A stretch of 40,432 nt of DNA from a virus (lineage: Duplodnaviria; Caudoviricetes). The number at the start of each line of letters is the position of its first letter. Position 1 is the stretch's first letter. Below the pieces are notes generated by a model. It saw only the letters and a program-made list of their open reading frames with translations, was not told where the DNA came from and did not search any database. The position numbers and the translations under genes are program-made. Shown here in pieces: positions 1 through 9,740 of this stretch. The stretch lies in the IMG/VR virus record IMGVR_UViG_3300024420_000006, positions 1 to 40,432 of that record; one strand, given 5' to 3'.

Positions 1-1
1 T

Positions 2-1762
2 AAAAGATTCATTTACTAATGGCTCTTTAGTGTTTGCAGACTCGGCAGCAGTTTTACTTTCATTAATTGTTTCTGTAACCATTTGAGAACTTCTTAAGTC
101 TCGTGTTGCCCAGAAATTATTAATTCCATATTGATTACCTACAGGGTGGAACCTAGATTCCGAAATAATTTGTTGTTGTCTTGCCTCAGAAAGGTTATTC
201 CATTTTTCTTTAAACTTTTCTGGCATATCAGTAACAACATCTAATTCTCTTTTCTTTTCAACAAAATTAGATTCCCAAATATTTTCAGCCTGTATAGTTG
301 ACATAATAGGTTTAGCATTCATAGATTCTACAATCATAGCTTGCTTCTCTTCAGATAAAGAATTAAATTCATTCTTTTTAGATTCACCTAAGAAATTCAT
401 AAAGTGCATTTCAGATAAATTTTTAGTTTCAGCAGCTGAAATAAGTTTATTTAATTTTTCTTCAATTGAATCTTTATAGTTTTCTGATTCATGAGCTTTA
501 CCACACGATTCGTACATTTCTTTTAATTTTCCTTTATCTGCATCTGGATACTTTTCGCAAACTTGTTCGTATGTCATGCCTTCATTAGCACATTTCTGTA
601 CTTCTTCCATTGTTGGCATAGCACCTTCCATTTTACCATATTCATTAACTGTACCTTCATTAATTGATTCAGCATTAGGAGTGTTTACATTTTCAGCAAT
701 ATACTCAGAATATTTAATACTCTTTTCTAATCCTTCTCCAAGATATTCAGAATAAGCAATATTTTGATCAACCTTTTCAGCAACATATTCAGAATAATCA
801 ATACTTTTTTCTAAGTTTTCAGCAACATAGTTAGAATATTGAATTCCTTTGTCAGCCATTTCAGCTACATGTTCAGCATATTGAATACTTCCATCAAGTT
901 CTTCAGCTAAGTAAGACGCATAGTCTTTAATTGAATTTACATTCTCTGCCAAATAGTCAGAGTATGAAATGTTCTTATCAAGATTCTCAGATAAGTATTC
1001 AGCATAATCAGTAACCTGATTTACTTTCTCCGCAATATGTTCAGAATACTTAATAAGTTTTTCCATCACCTCATCATTATTAGAGTTGGTTGATTCTTTA
1101 ACGTTACTTAGAACTCCAGATACATATTCCGTGTACTTTTGAAAATCTTCAACAGTTACAAAATTATTATTTTCCATTGTTAGATCTTTTTTATTATCGG
1201 TGTTATTTTCAGTTTCTTCCATTTCATAAATTAAAATACCATCATCATTACTAAAACCAAAAGATTCATTTACTCTTGATAACTCAGCATTCTCAAAGCC
1301 AGGATCTGCTACTAAGTCATAAGTAAAAAACTTTTTAATTTTAACCTTTCCACTTTCATCTACTGTACCAGCAGCTCTACTTGAAATATGTAAAGGGATG
1401 CCATCTTTAATAAGGGCTTGTGCCTCCTTACCTTTAGATGTATTTAATAATCTGATTTTACCAATAACTTGTTTTTTATCTTTATCATAATCTAAAGATT
1501 CAACAACGTGAGAGACGTTAGCCAAACTAACATCAAAATCTTTAGGGTGGTCTAATTCACCTAAAAGCTTATTGGTTTTAACTTTTTCTTGTAATTCATT
1601 AATATGAGGCATTACTTCCTTTTCCTCATATATTCTGTTATTCTTGTTACGAACACCAAATTCAGTAAAGACACCTTCTAATACAACTGAACCGTCATCG
1701 GCTGTAGTTATATCTAAATTTGATTTTGCTCTTTCAAGAATCAATAATTTTTTTCCTGACAT
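2..1762 (-). CDS. Prohead protease (T4 gp21-like) fused to an acidic scaffold/core domain; 3' end runs off the window
   Basis: Not in the ORF track; translated by hand from ATG at 1762: MSGKKLLILE...VRNKNNRIY...LGELDHP...NVSH...HISSRAAG...TYDLVADPGF (gp21 motifs). It continues in frame into 14-aa Tyr/Glu repeats and stays open to the window edge. Follows the portal gene. Confidence 0.9.
   Translation of the reverse strand, partial: MSGKKLLILERAKSNLDITTADDGSVVLEGVFTEFGVRNKNNRIYEEKEVMPHINELQEKVKTNKLLGELDHPKDFDVSLANVSHVVESLDYDKDKKQVIGKIRLLNTSKGKEAQALIKDGIPLHISSRAAGTVDESGKVKIKKFFTYDLVADPGFENAELSRVNESFGFSNDDGILIYEMEETENNTDNKKDLTMENNNFVTVEDFQKYTEYVSGVLSNVKESTNSNNDEVMEKLIKYSEHIAEKVNQVTDYAEYLSENLDKNISYSDYLAENVNSIKDYASYLAEELDGSIQYAEHVAEMADKGIQYSNYVAENLEKSIDYSEYVAEKVDQNIAYSEYLGEGLEKSIKYSEYIAENVNTPNAESINEGTVNEYGKMEGAMPTMEEVQKCANEGMTYEQVCEKYPDADKGKLKEMYESCGKAHESENYKDSIEEKLNKLISAAETKNLSEMHFMNFLGESKKNEFNSLSEEKQAMIVESMNAKPIMSTIQAENIWESNFVEKKRELDVVTDMPEKFKEKWNNLSEARQQQIISESRFHPVGNQYGINNFWATRDLRSSQMVTETINESKTAAESANTKEPLVNESF
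683..1048 (-). repeat. About 9 degenerate 14-aa (42-bp) protein repeats in the scaffold domain
   Basis: YSEHIAEKVNQVTD / YAEYLSENLDKNIS / YSDYLAENVNSIKD / YASYLAEELDGSIQ / YAEHVAEMADKGIQ / YSNYVAENLEKSID / YSEYVAEKVDQNIA / YSEYLGEGLEKSIK / YSEYIAENVN. Confidence 0.85.
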
Positions 1763-1779
1763 TTTCTCTAGTTATTTGA

Positions 1780-1789
1780 TTTATATATT
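1780..1789 (-). promoter_or_regulatory. Putative late promoter AATATATAAA upstream of the protease/scaffold gene
   Basis: The same 10-mer sits 17-22 nt upstream of the ATG of four genes; it resembles the T4 late promoter TATAAATA. Confidence 0.6.
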
Positions 1790-1807
1790 ACAATCTTTGT
1801 GGAGTTT

Positions 1808-3457
1808 TTATCCAAGTCCTGCCAATGGATCTTCATCAGCAGCTCCTTCTTTCTTCTCCGGTTTAAAATCGGCCTTATCTGCACCTAAAAGGATCTTTTC
1901 AATATCTTCCTCAGAGTAATTCTCTTTCTCTAAATCAGCTCTTTCTTTGGCTCTTGCATTTGCCTTAAGGTCATCTCTCGTAAACCCACCATATCTCTTA
2001 ACCAAGAATCCTAAATCGAAGTATGGAATTTCCTCCATTTCTGCTGTCATAGTACTTAATTGAGTTTTTAGGTTACCAATAAAATCAACTCTTTTTGTTT
2101 GTAACTCCATTTCTTTCATCTCCTCAAAAACATTATCTTTTACAAAATCAAGTCCTAAACCAGATTTAAATGATACATCATTTTTTAATTCAGGATGATT
2201 AAGACACATTTGAAGATACATTGGTTTTACTAGTATTTCCTGAAATATGGATCTTAAGCGATCTACAAATTTAGAAAATTTAATTTCATCTCTTAACATA
2301 CCACTGGCATCCATATCATATGTATTACCACCTTCTTTATCAAATCTTGAGAAAGGAATTTTTGAAGCCATTTTTAATCTATCAGCAAAATACTTAAGAG
2401 ATTCAGTATCTCCTAAATCAGGACCATCACCTCCAATTGTACTAATCTCTGGTGATTCCCCATCCTTTGAAGGTAACCAATATTCTTTATTGAATGGCAT
2501 CATTGGTTTTCCGTTAGTTACAATTTCACCACTCTCTTGATTAAAATCAACCACCTCTCTATATGAATTCATTAACTGTGCAAGTGATTGCTTTGCTCTA
2601 GTTTTAGATTTACCACCAACTGGTATAATAAACTGAGTTTTAAATGAAGCATTAGAAACAGCCCAAATAATTCTAGTTGTTTCCATAATTCTTAAAAGAT
2701 TAAACGATCTTATTAATCTCTCAACATAAGATATTCTCATTGGTGAATTTACCTGGGAGTATGAAAGGTAAATAATTTGAGAATCCCAAAGTTTTCTTTC
2801 CTTTGCACCTTGACCTTTATATTGTACCCATTGTTTCTTTCCAGTGTCAGTATCAATACCAGGCATTAAGGAAATAGGATCCAATTCTTTAAATCCTATA
2901 ATCTCCGTTTGTTTATCATTATAAACTATTTCAAAGGCAAGGAATCCATCAACTAACCATTTCCTAAAATAATTCCAAGGCTGTACTGAATCATTAAAAC
3001 CAAAGTAATTATAGATATTATTGTATACATCACCTATTTCATCTTCTATAGAAGCAGCAATATGACCATTAAAATGAGAGTATGCCATATAATTAGATTC
3101 ATCAAATACAATTGCCTCATCTGTAATTACATCTAAGATATCTTCTATTTCATCTTGTACTGCATATTGTCTAAGCTCATCTCTCTTTCTTTCATAATCT
3201 TTATCAAAAATAGAAATGTTTTTCTTAAGTGTAGTATCAGTTAATGAAAGTGCCGCAAATGCTCCATACATATCATCAGCATCTGAGCCCATAGGATTAA
3301 ACGTATAACCCATTTGGTTTTCAGTAAAACCTACTGCACGTGAATTACGAATGATCATATCATCGTATGCCATGCCTAAATTAGAAAGATCTTTTAAAAT
3401 TTTTCTAACTGGGTTACCAGTACTTAAGGGTCCTCTTCTATCAGTAAAACCTGCCAT
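1808..3457 (-). CDS. Portal protein (T4 gp20-like)
   Basis: 549 aa; EIEDILDVITDEAIV, FRKWLVDG, NLLRIMETTRIIW, EYWLPSKDGESPEISTIGG, KMASKIPFSRF and RDEIKFSKFVDRLR match gp20 blocks; adjacent to the protease gene. Confidence 0.92.
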   Translation of the reverse strand: MAGFTDRRGPLSTGNPVRKILKDLSNLGMAYDDMIIRNSRAVGFTENQMGYTFNPMGSDADDMYGAFAALSLTDTTLKKNISIFDKDYERKRDELRQYAVQDEIEDILDVITDEAIVFDESNYMAYSHFNGHIAASIEDEIGDVYNNIYNYFGFNDSVQPWNYFRKWLVDGFLAFEIVYNDKQTEIIGFKELDPISLMPGIDTDTGKKQWVQYKGQGAKERKLWDSQIIYLSYSQVNSPMRISYVERLIRSFNLLRIMETTRIIWAVSNASFKTQFIIPVGGKSKTRAKQSLAQLMNSYREVVDFNQESGEIVTNGKPMMPFNKEYWLPSKDGESPEISTIGGDGPDLGDTESLKYFADRLKMASKIPFSRFDKEGGNTYDMDASGMLRDEIKFSKFVDRLRSIFQEILVKPMYLQMCLNHPELKNDVSFKSGLGLDFVKDNVFEEMKEMELQTKRVDFIGNLKTQLSTMTAEMEEIPYFDLGFLVKRYGGFTRDDLKANARAKERADLEKENYSEEDIEKILLGADKADFKPEKKEGAADEDPLAGLG

Positions 3458-3476
3458 ATTGTTTTATCTTTTATTG

Positions 3477-3487
3477 TTTATATATTC
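3477..3487 (-). promoter_or_regulatory. Putative late promoter GAATATATAAA upstream of the portal gene
   Basis: Recurrent motif located 19 nt upstream of the ATG at 3457. Confidence 0.6.
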
Positions 3488-4053
3488 TTGTAATATAATG
3501 CTTGTGCCTCATTTATATTTCCTCCAAAGAAATGGTTTTGATTGTTAACGGCACCTATATACCAATCTTCATATCCTAACATTCTTGGTTTTTTAATTCT
3601 ATCCATTCTATACTGTCTAATAGCATAGGTTATATTATACTTTCTACCTAATGAAGACTTTAAGTTTTCATATGTAAATTGACTTAGTACGGTTTGTGAT
3701 TTAGGTTTACCTGGAGCCTTCTTTATTGCAGATTGTATAGTACCCTGAAATGATTTAACTACATCATTAAGAAATGGAATTCTAGCTTCATAAGGAATGT
3801 AATGTAAATTTAAACCTAATTGGTGATTATCTATACTTTTACCTAAACCTAAAACAATAGGATAAGTATCATAAAAAGTTTCATCAGGTGTAAAATATTG
3901 AAAAGAATACATTTTACCATTTTCTAATGTTCCTTTCCCACTACTTCCTATTTTATTTAAATCTTTATCAGATGCTTTAGATGCCCCACCTCTACCTTTA
4001 TTTTCAGTAAGGTAAACATTTAAGTCTTTTTGAAATGATCCTTCTATTGCCAT
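3478..4053 (-). CDS. DNA end protector protein (T4 gp2-like)
   Basis: GKMYSFQY...YDTYPIVL...GLNLHYIPYEAR motif typical of gp2; next to a gp4-like gene as in T4. Confidence 0.75.
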   Translation of the reverse strand: MAIEGSFQKDLNVYLTENKGRGGASKASDKDLNKIGSSGKGTLENGKMYSFQYFTPDETFYDTYPIVLGLGKSIDNHQLGLNLHYIPYEARIPFLNDVVKSFQGTIQSAIKKAPGKPKSQTVLSQFTYENLKSSLGRKYNITYAIRQYRMDRIKKPRMLGYEDWYIGAVNNQNHFFGGNINEAQALYYKNI

Positions 4054-4529
4054 TAGAATAATTTTGAATCTTCGGTTAAAAGCATTACTTTAAAGTTTCT
4101 CTGTTTTGCAGCTTTATTTAATGCTTCAGTTTTACAAAGGTTTCTAACATATGTTTCATAACCATACTGAAAGTTTTTTAATGCCTTTGCTGTTTTTCTC
4201 TTTGGTGGTTTAGGTTTTTGTAATTGTGCCTTAGGTTTTATTTCTACTACATACTCTTCAATAATACCTTCCTTATTCATCTTAACATAAAAGTCTGGGT
4301 AATAATTATGAAACTTTTTATCTAGCATATTAAAATACTTTATTGAGAATGGCTCAGATATCCAATTTATTACCTCTTCATTATGATCACACCAATGACA
4401 AAACTTTCTTTCCCAACTGCTTCTGTATATAATAGGACCTGGTCCCATATACTTTTTAGGATTATGTGGTTTATAATAACCTTGCTTAAATCCTGATTTT
4501 GCAGTTGGTTTTACTTTCTTTATACTCAT
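4053..4529 (-). CDS. Head completion nuclease (T4 gp4 / TnsA N-terminal-like)
   Basis: GYYKPHNPKKY, IIYRSSWE, WISEP, YYPDF and VEIKP (PD-(D/E)xK nuclease). Confidence 0.88.
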   Translation of the reverse strand: MSIKKVKPTAKSGFKQGYYKPHNPKKYMGPGPIIYRSSWERKFCHWCDHNEEVINWISEPFSIKYFNMLDKKFHNYYPDFYVKMNKEGIIEEYVVEIKPKAQLQKPKPPKRKTAKALKNFQYGYETYVRNLCKTEALNKAAKQRNFKVMLLTEDSKLF

Positions 4530-4534
4530 TAACT

Positions 4535-4900
4535 TTAAATAGTGTAAATGCCGTCACTATCCGCACTACCATTAATTGATACAGTACCAGCATATTTCTT
4601 TGGATGTAATTTATTCCACCCTTTTGCAAATCCTCTTTTAGCTATTTCAGTAAAATAAGCAAATGCATTAGTACTTTTCTCTGGATTAAAATTTCTCCAA
4701 TATCTATAAAGATCCATATAAGCATAAGCTATACAATCTTGTCTATCATCAGGGTTTGCATATGATAATTTTCTAGAACATTTATCTGCTAATAACATTA
4801 GGAACTCTAATGCCTTTGGTGTTAGTTCTCCCTGTTCTTTAGATATAATAATCTGTTCAAGGAGATCTCTATTATTTAAGTAATTTCTTTTTCTTGCCAT
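4535..4900 (-). CDS. Late-transcription sigma factor (T4 gp55-like), compact
   Basis: NYLNNRDLL and NFNPEKSTNAFAYFTEI match the gp55 signatures; 121 aa. Confidence 0.8.
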   Translation of the reverse strand: MARKRNYLNNRDLLEQIIISKEQGELTPKALEFLMLLADKCSRKLSYANPDDRQDCIAYAYMDLYRYWRNFNPEKSTNAFAYFTEIAKRGFAKGWNKLHPKKYAGTVSINGSADSDGIYTI

Positions 4901-4921
4901 TCCATAAAGGTTTTATTTATT

Positions 4922-4949
4922 ATTATATACAAAAAAAGCCGATAGTTTA
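4922..4949 (-). promoter_or_regulatory. Putative middle promoter TAAAC-N17-TATAAT (gp55-like gene)
   Basis: One of 10 copies of DAAAC-N17/18-TATAAW found just upstream of gene starts. Confidence 0.7.
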
Positions 4950-4969
4950 TTATTGACTACCGGCCTTTT
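4931..4969 (-). terminator. Intrinsic terminator after the 683-aa gene, overlapping the next promoter
   Basis: Minus strand GCCGGTAGT-loop-ACTATCGGC followed by TTTTTTT. Confidence 0.75.
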
Positions 4970-4988
4970 AGTTGGGGTGTGTATAAAA

Positions 4989-7040
4989 TTATATCTTAAC
5001 GTTAAGTTGACCTTTAGGACAAATTGTAGTTTTTCCAGATTTAGGATCAATACATTCTAATGAATCATTATCACCTAATGAAGTATAGTCTTCAGCACTT
5101 ACCATAACTTCTTGACCTTTTCTAAGACCATTTCCGTTCTTATTAATTTCAGCTTCAACGAAACCGTCATTTAAATAATCGTTACGACTTTTTTTTTCTG
5201 TTAAAGATTTTACATTTAATTTTTTAGGTTCACCTTTCTTTTTAAGTTCATCTTCAATATCTTCAGCTCTATCTTCATCAACCGATTCATCTTTCTTATC
5301 CTCATCTTCTTCTTCATAATCTTCACCGTCATGAGTTTTAGATTTATCGCCTTTATTTCCACCTAAAACAACTCTGTCATAAGTTTCTTGTAAAGATTTT
5401 TCAAACTTAGAAATTTCTTCTTCTAATAAATTCATAGCTTCAGTAAGTTCTTCAGTTTCACCAAGCTTATCAATAGCTTCTTTAACTTTAGTCTTCTTTT
5501 CTTCCAAGAAAGATATCTTGTCAGAAATATCAGATCTTTCTTTTTCTATTTTAGCAACTTCATTATTTTCAGCAATTAATCGCTCAGAAAGAATTGGGCT
5601 AGCATCATAATTAATAAATTCTTTTACTAATTTAACAGTTTCTGTTGCAGATTCTACTAATATCATTTCATTTAAGTGCATTGCAGAATTTACCTTATTA
5701 ACATAGATACCTTCTTGAACAGCAATCATAGTTAAAAACAAATTAGTAAATTCATTTGAAGTAATATTTGTAAAATTATCCATTTCAGCAAGAAGATCAA
5801 CAGATTCAAAGAACTTACATACATTATCAATTTTCCATTGATTTCTATAACCAAAGAAGTTAAGAGCCATTAAAGATTCTTTTAGTTCGATAATACTTGC
5901 ATTACTTAAATCAGTTTCTCCTAATTTTAAAGTACCTTCAGATAAATTGTATTCTAATGTTTTATTATTACCTTCACCGAAAGTTATTAAAGTACCATTA
6001 ATATTTTTAAACATTCCTAAACCTTCTAATACATCGAAGAATCTTGGATCTTTAACTTCAGCTTCAGTAATTGATTTTCCATCAAAGTTATAATTCTTTC
6101 CATGTAAGTGGAATGTTAAACCATTTTCAGATTCTAAAACTGGTGAAAGGATTGTAGAAATTATTCCTCCTCCATTTGCAGTAGCTTTATTATCTTCAGC
6201 TTTCATTTCATTAATGATTGACTTACAATCTAATGACCAAGGGTTTTTTGCAGCAATTGCAGAAAATTTAGATTTAATAGAATCAGAAGATTCTGAAAGT
6301 AAACCTTCTAAATCAGTTACTAATCCTTCATATAATTTTCCTCTTTGTGTTTTTGTTCTTTCAATAGCCTCAGATATTCTGAAAGACCATTTAGAATCAG
6401 TATAAGCACCTTCAATATAAGATCTTAACTCATTAACTGGATTTAACCATTGTGAAGATCCTAAATTTCTATGAAGATCTTTTGCAATGCTAAACTTAAG
6501 CATAGGATTAACACTGTTTTCTATCTCTTCACTGATTACTTCAGTTTCTTCGTTTTTAAATCTCATAGGAAATGCCTTCAGAGATTCTTCTAAAATGTTA
6601 AGGGCATTCTTAGCAGTATAAGAAGTTCTCGAATTATCCGAGTTCATTTCCTTTAAAGCCTCAATGCTCTTCATAACATTTTCGTGCAGTTCAGCAATTG
6701 TAAATTTCATTTTGTTATGATTTTTTTGTTTATTATTATTTTCTGTAATTTGATTTCCTTTGAAGGCATTAATTGCACTCATTCCTAATTGTTGAGGTAT
6801 ACCCATACCTACAAGAATTGCAAGTACTTGTGAGTCTGTCATTGGACCACTTTCAATAACCTTACCATTTTTACCATCTAGTTTTGTTTTACCACTCTGG
6901 TTAAATAAAACACCAACAATATCAATTAATTGTTGGTTAGGTGCATTAAGGTAAGGTGCATCAGTATTTACGCCAGCTTGTTTCTCAATTGAACCATCAA
7001 CGTAAACTTGAGTTTGACCTTCTTTAATAACTTTTTCCAT
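4989..7040 (-). CDS. Hypothetical large acidic coiled-coil protein, probably virion/head associated
   Basis: 683-aa ORF with a late-type motif upstream, many (I/L)-x-E sites, and a C-terminal coiled coil plus acidic tract. No family recognised. Confidence 0.55.
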   Translation of the reverse strand: MEKVIKEGQTQVYVDGSIEKQAGVNTDAPYLNAPNQQLIDIVGVLFNQSGKTKLDGKNGKVIESGPMTDSQVLAILVGMGIPQQLGMSAINAFKGNQITENNNKQKNHNKMKFTIAELHENVMKSIEALKEMNSDNSRTSYTAKNALNILEESLKAFPMRFKNEETEVISEEIENSVNPMLKFSIAKDLHRNLGSSQWLNPVNELRSYIEGAYTDSKWSFRISEAIERTKTQRGKLYEGLVTDLEGLLSESSDSIKSKFSAIAAKNPWSLDCKSIINEMKAEDNKATANGGGIISTILSPVLESENGLTFHLHGKNYNFDGKSITEAEVKDPRFFDVLEGLGMFKNINGTLITFGEGNNKTLEYNLSEGTLKLGETDLSNASIIELKESLMALNFFGYRNQWKIDNVCKFFESVDLLAEMDNFTNITSNEFTNLFLTMIAVQEGIYVNKVNSAMHLNEMILVESATETVKLVKEFINYDASPILSERLIAENNEVAKIEKERSDISDKISFLEEKKTKVKEAIDKLGETEELTEAMNLLEEEISKFEKSLQETYDRVVLGGNKGDKSKTHDGEDYEEEDEDKKDESVDEDRAEDIEDELKKKGEPKKLNVKSLTEKKSRNDYLNDGFVEAEINKNGNGLRKGQEVMVSAEDYTSLGDNDSLECIDPKSGKTTICPKGQLNVKI

Positions 7041-7059
7041 ATTATAGAATTTGATTTGT

Positions 7060-7070
7060 TTTATATATTC
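7060..7070 (-). promoter_or_regulatory. Putative late promoter GAATATATAAA
   Basis: Recurrent motif located 19 nt upstream of the ATG at 7040. Confidence 0.6.
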
Positions 7071-7087
7071 TAAGATCTTAGAGTTAA

Positions 7088-8044
7088 TTATCCTTCGTCA
7101 CCGTTAGCATTTCTATAAACCTTACTAGCATCTGTTTCTGTAGGTGATGGAGAAGAATCTATCTCCCTTTCATCATAAGGACCGCCTACTTCCTTATTTG
7201 TTATAGTGTTATATCCTTGATTACTTAATAGGCTTTCAAACGGAGCAACTTTTAAATCAGTATCCGTGAATTTAAAGGTTTGGAATACTCCACCAAAATA
7301 AATTCCCATATTGCCATTATCATCACATCTTAATTGACCTACACCAACAGCATCAGGATTAAGCCTAATAGCTTCTTGTGTTATATAGTCTATTTCTGGT
7401 AAAAGAATACCGCTTTCAAACACTGGCATAAATGATCTTAATTCCATATCAAAGGTAACCTGAAATTCTTTCTTGTCATTTAATCCCCATTCAAATAATC
7501 TATCTTGTGAAAAATCTTCTGGTACTGACATAGATGCATTAACTCTAAACATTCCTAAATCAACGTTAAATAATGTACCTTTGTAAAGCTTGCTCATTAT
7601 AGCTTCAGTTACCTTTAACATTTCCAAATTATTTGAACATATAATAGTTACACCGAAACCTACAGTAACAGGTAAAAAATTTGTCATTAAAGAAAATGTC
7701 TTTAATACACCATCCCATTCTCTAACAAACTCAGCTCTTGTAAATTTGTTTGTTTGCTCATCTGAATTAATAGACATTGAATTCATTTGAATAATACCCC
7801 TAGGTACTACTTCATAATCACCTATTGCCTTGCCTTCCTTTTCGGCATCAAACATAAAATTATCTAAAAGAAACCTTTCATTACCGGATATTGAATAGAA
7901 AAAAGGTACTTCAATCTTTTTTAAAGTATCTTCATCTACTTGGTTATAATAATAAACCTTTTTACTTAATTCGGCAAGCATACCTACTACTAGGTATCTG
8001 AGAATAGTGTTATCTTTATTAAATTCTTGATTATATGCTGACAT
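7088..8044 (-). CDS. Tail sheath stabiliser / tail terminator (T4 gp15-like)
   Basis: KKIEVPFFY, VPRGIIQM, PVTVGFGVTI and EMLKVTEAI follow the gp15 pattern. Confidence 0.6.
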   Translation of the reverse strand: MSAYNQEFNKDNTILRYLVVGMLAELSKKVYYYNQVDEDTLKKIEVPFFYSISGNERFLLDNFMFDAEKEGKAIGDYEVVPRGIIQMNSMSINSDEQTNKFTRAEFVREWDGVLKTFSLMTNFLPVTVGFGVTIICSNNLEMLKVTEAIMSKLYKGTLFNVDLGMFRVNASMSVPEDFSQDRLFEWGLNDKKEFQVTFDMELRSFMPVFESGILLPEIDYITQEAIRLNPDAVGVGQLRCDDNGNMGIYFGGVFQTFKFTDTDLKVAPFESLLSNQGYNTITNKEVGGPYDEREIDSSPSPTETDASKVYRNANGDEG

Positions 8045-8069
8045 TCATTGGTCTTTGTTTATATACTAT

Positions 8070-9740
8070 TTATCCAATAGATTCAATGTTAAATTCACTA
8101 AAGCCTGCATCCTTGGTAATTTCAATCTTTTTATCAAAATATTCGCTCGGTAAAACTGTATGGTTGATAACAAAGGTATTAAGGCCTATATCTTGAATAG
8201 TATTATGAAGTATATTAATTATATGGTGGACACCATCAGAGTCAATAGAAGAGAAGATTTCATCTAAAAATAAAATATTTAGAGATGGGAACCTAACTTT
8301 AATCATTTTCATTAATGCCATAATAATTACAAAATCTACTTTCTTCTTTTCACCTGTACTCAATGTCTTTGGGCTTATTTCAGTTCCTAGATGATGGAGA
8401 GAGCAATAAAACTTTTCATTAAATCTAATACCAAAAGGTATACCCATTTCTCTTCCCATCAAAAGAATATGATTATTAAAAGAAGGGAGTATAGATCTTA
8501 CTGCTAAATTCTTAATACCATTTTCTCCCATTATGTTTTCTAAGATAGTTAAATAATAATCCTCACCTTCACTTTTAAGCTTACCGGTAGTTTTATCATC
8601 TTTACGAACTTTAAAGTCTTTTACTAATTGCTTAAGGTGTGTGGATGATTCTGATTCATCTTTATCTGCCATTTCAATTAACTTATCTTTAATGGCTTCC
8701 ATTTGAGTTTCTAATTGACCAACCTTAACATGAATCTTTCTTCCTTTTTGTCTTAAGTCAACCAAATCAGCTTCAGCCTTTTCAGCATCTGCTTTTATTT
8801 GATTCCATTCAGTAAATAAAGAATCTAATTTTTCTTCCTTTTCTTTTTTAATATCTAAATGAAAATCAGAGTTAAGAGGAGCTGTACATGTAGGGCATGC
8901 ATTATTTTCATAAAGCTTAAGCTCCTTCTTAACTGTATTGATTTTATTATTTAAGGAAGATTTTTGATTATTCTTTTTTCTAGAGTTCTCATCTAATTTT
9001 TCAAGGTTTATTTTTGTCGCTGCTGTTAAGTCTTTTAGTTTTTTTCTATTTACATTTAATTCTACTAATTTCTCTTTAAGCAATTTAATCTTTTCAGCAT
9101 CTTTAGATTTACTTACCTTTTCAAATTGTTGAATTTTTTCAATAACCGATTCTATAGATTCATTAAGGGTACGAATTTCATCTTCATATGTTCTGATTTC
9201 CTCAATAATTGATCTCCTCTTTTCTTTAACAGCTTCAGCCATTTCATTAATAATAGAAAAACCAAATATCTTATCAATGATTCTTTTCTTATCATACGGA
9301 GACATTGTTATGAATGACTTAAAATCATTCACAGATAAAATAATTACATTCTTAAATACGTGATATGGGATTTCATAAATTTCGGTTTCTAAAAAATCCT
9401 GAAGATTTACTTTACCTGCAACATCATATTCAGAACCATTTATTTTGACATTAAAAATACCTGGATTAATTCCTCTTTCTATTTCAACAGTATTATTTTT
9501 AGATTCTAATTCTATTCTACCCCAAAGAGCACCGTTTACTCTGTTAGGTAAATCTTTTAATGTAGATCCTTCAACTTTACCATAACATAAATATGTAATT
9601 ACTTTAGCAAGTGTACTTTTACCTGCACCGTTTCCACCAAGAACTAAATAAAGATCACTTTTATCTTTATCAAATTCTATTACCTGAGTTCGGTTTCCAT
9701 AACTTGCAAAGTTTTTAAATTCTACTTTTTTAATCTTCAT
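8070..9740 (-). CDS. Recombination ATPase (T4 gp46 / SbcC / Rad50-like)
   Basis: Walker A GGNGAGKST, coiled coil with CPTC zinc hook, signature LSTGEK, Walker B LFLDE. Confidence 0.95.
   Translation of the reverse strand: MKIKKVEFKNFASYGNRTQVIEFDKDKSDLYLVLGGNGAGKSTLAKVITYLCYGKVEGSTLKDLPNRVNGALWGRIELESKNNTVEIERGINPGIFNVKINGSEYDVAGKVNLQDFLETEIYEIPYHVFKNVIILSVNDFKSFITMSPYDKKRIIDKIFGFSIINEMAEAVKEKRRSIIEEIRTYEDEIRTLNESIESVIEKIQQFEKVSKSKDAEKIKLLKEKLVELNVNRKKLKDLTAATKINLEKLDENSRKKNNQKSSLNNKINTVKKELKLYENNACPTCTAPLNSDFHLDIKKEKEEKLDSLFTEWNQIKADAEKAEADLVDLRQKGRKIHVKVGQLETQMEAIKDKLIEMADKDESESSTHLKQLVKDFKVRKDDKTTGKLKSEGEDYYLTILENIMGENGIKNLAVRSILPSFNNHILLMGREMGIPFGIRFNEKFYCSLHHLGTEISPKTLSTGEKKKVDFVIIMALMKMIKVRFPSLNILFLDEIFSSIDSDGVHHIINILHNTIQDIGLNTFVINHTVLPSEYFDKKIEITKDAGFSEFNIESIG

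Noticed and set aside
4053-4529. Tn7 TnsA transposase / mobile element
   Set aside because: The same fold is the T4 gp4 head-completion nuclease, the context is gp2-portal, and no other transposon genes or ends are present.
7069-7082. 14-bp perfect palindrome TCTAAGATCTTAGA beside a late motif
   Set aside because: It is a single occurrence, and palindromes of this length are expected by chance in 40 kb of AT-rich DNA.
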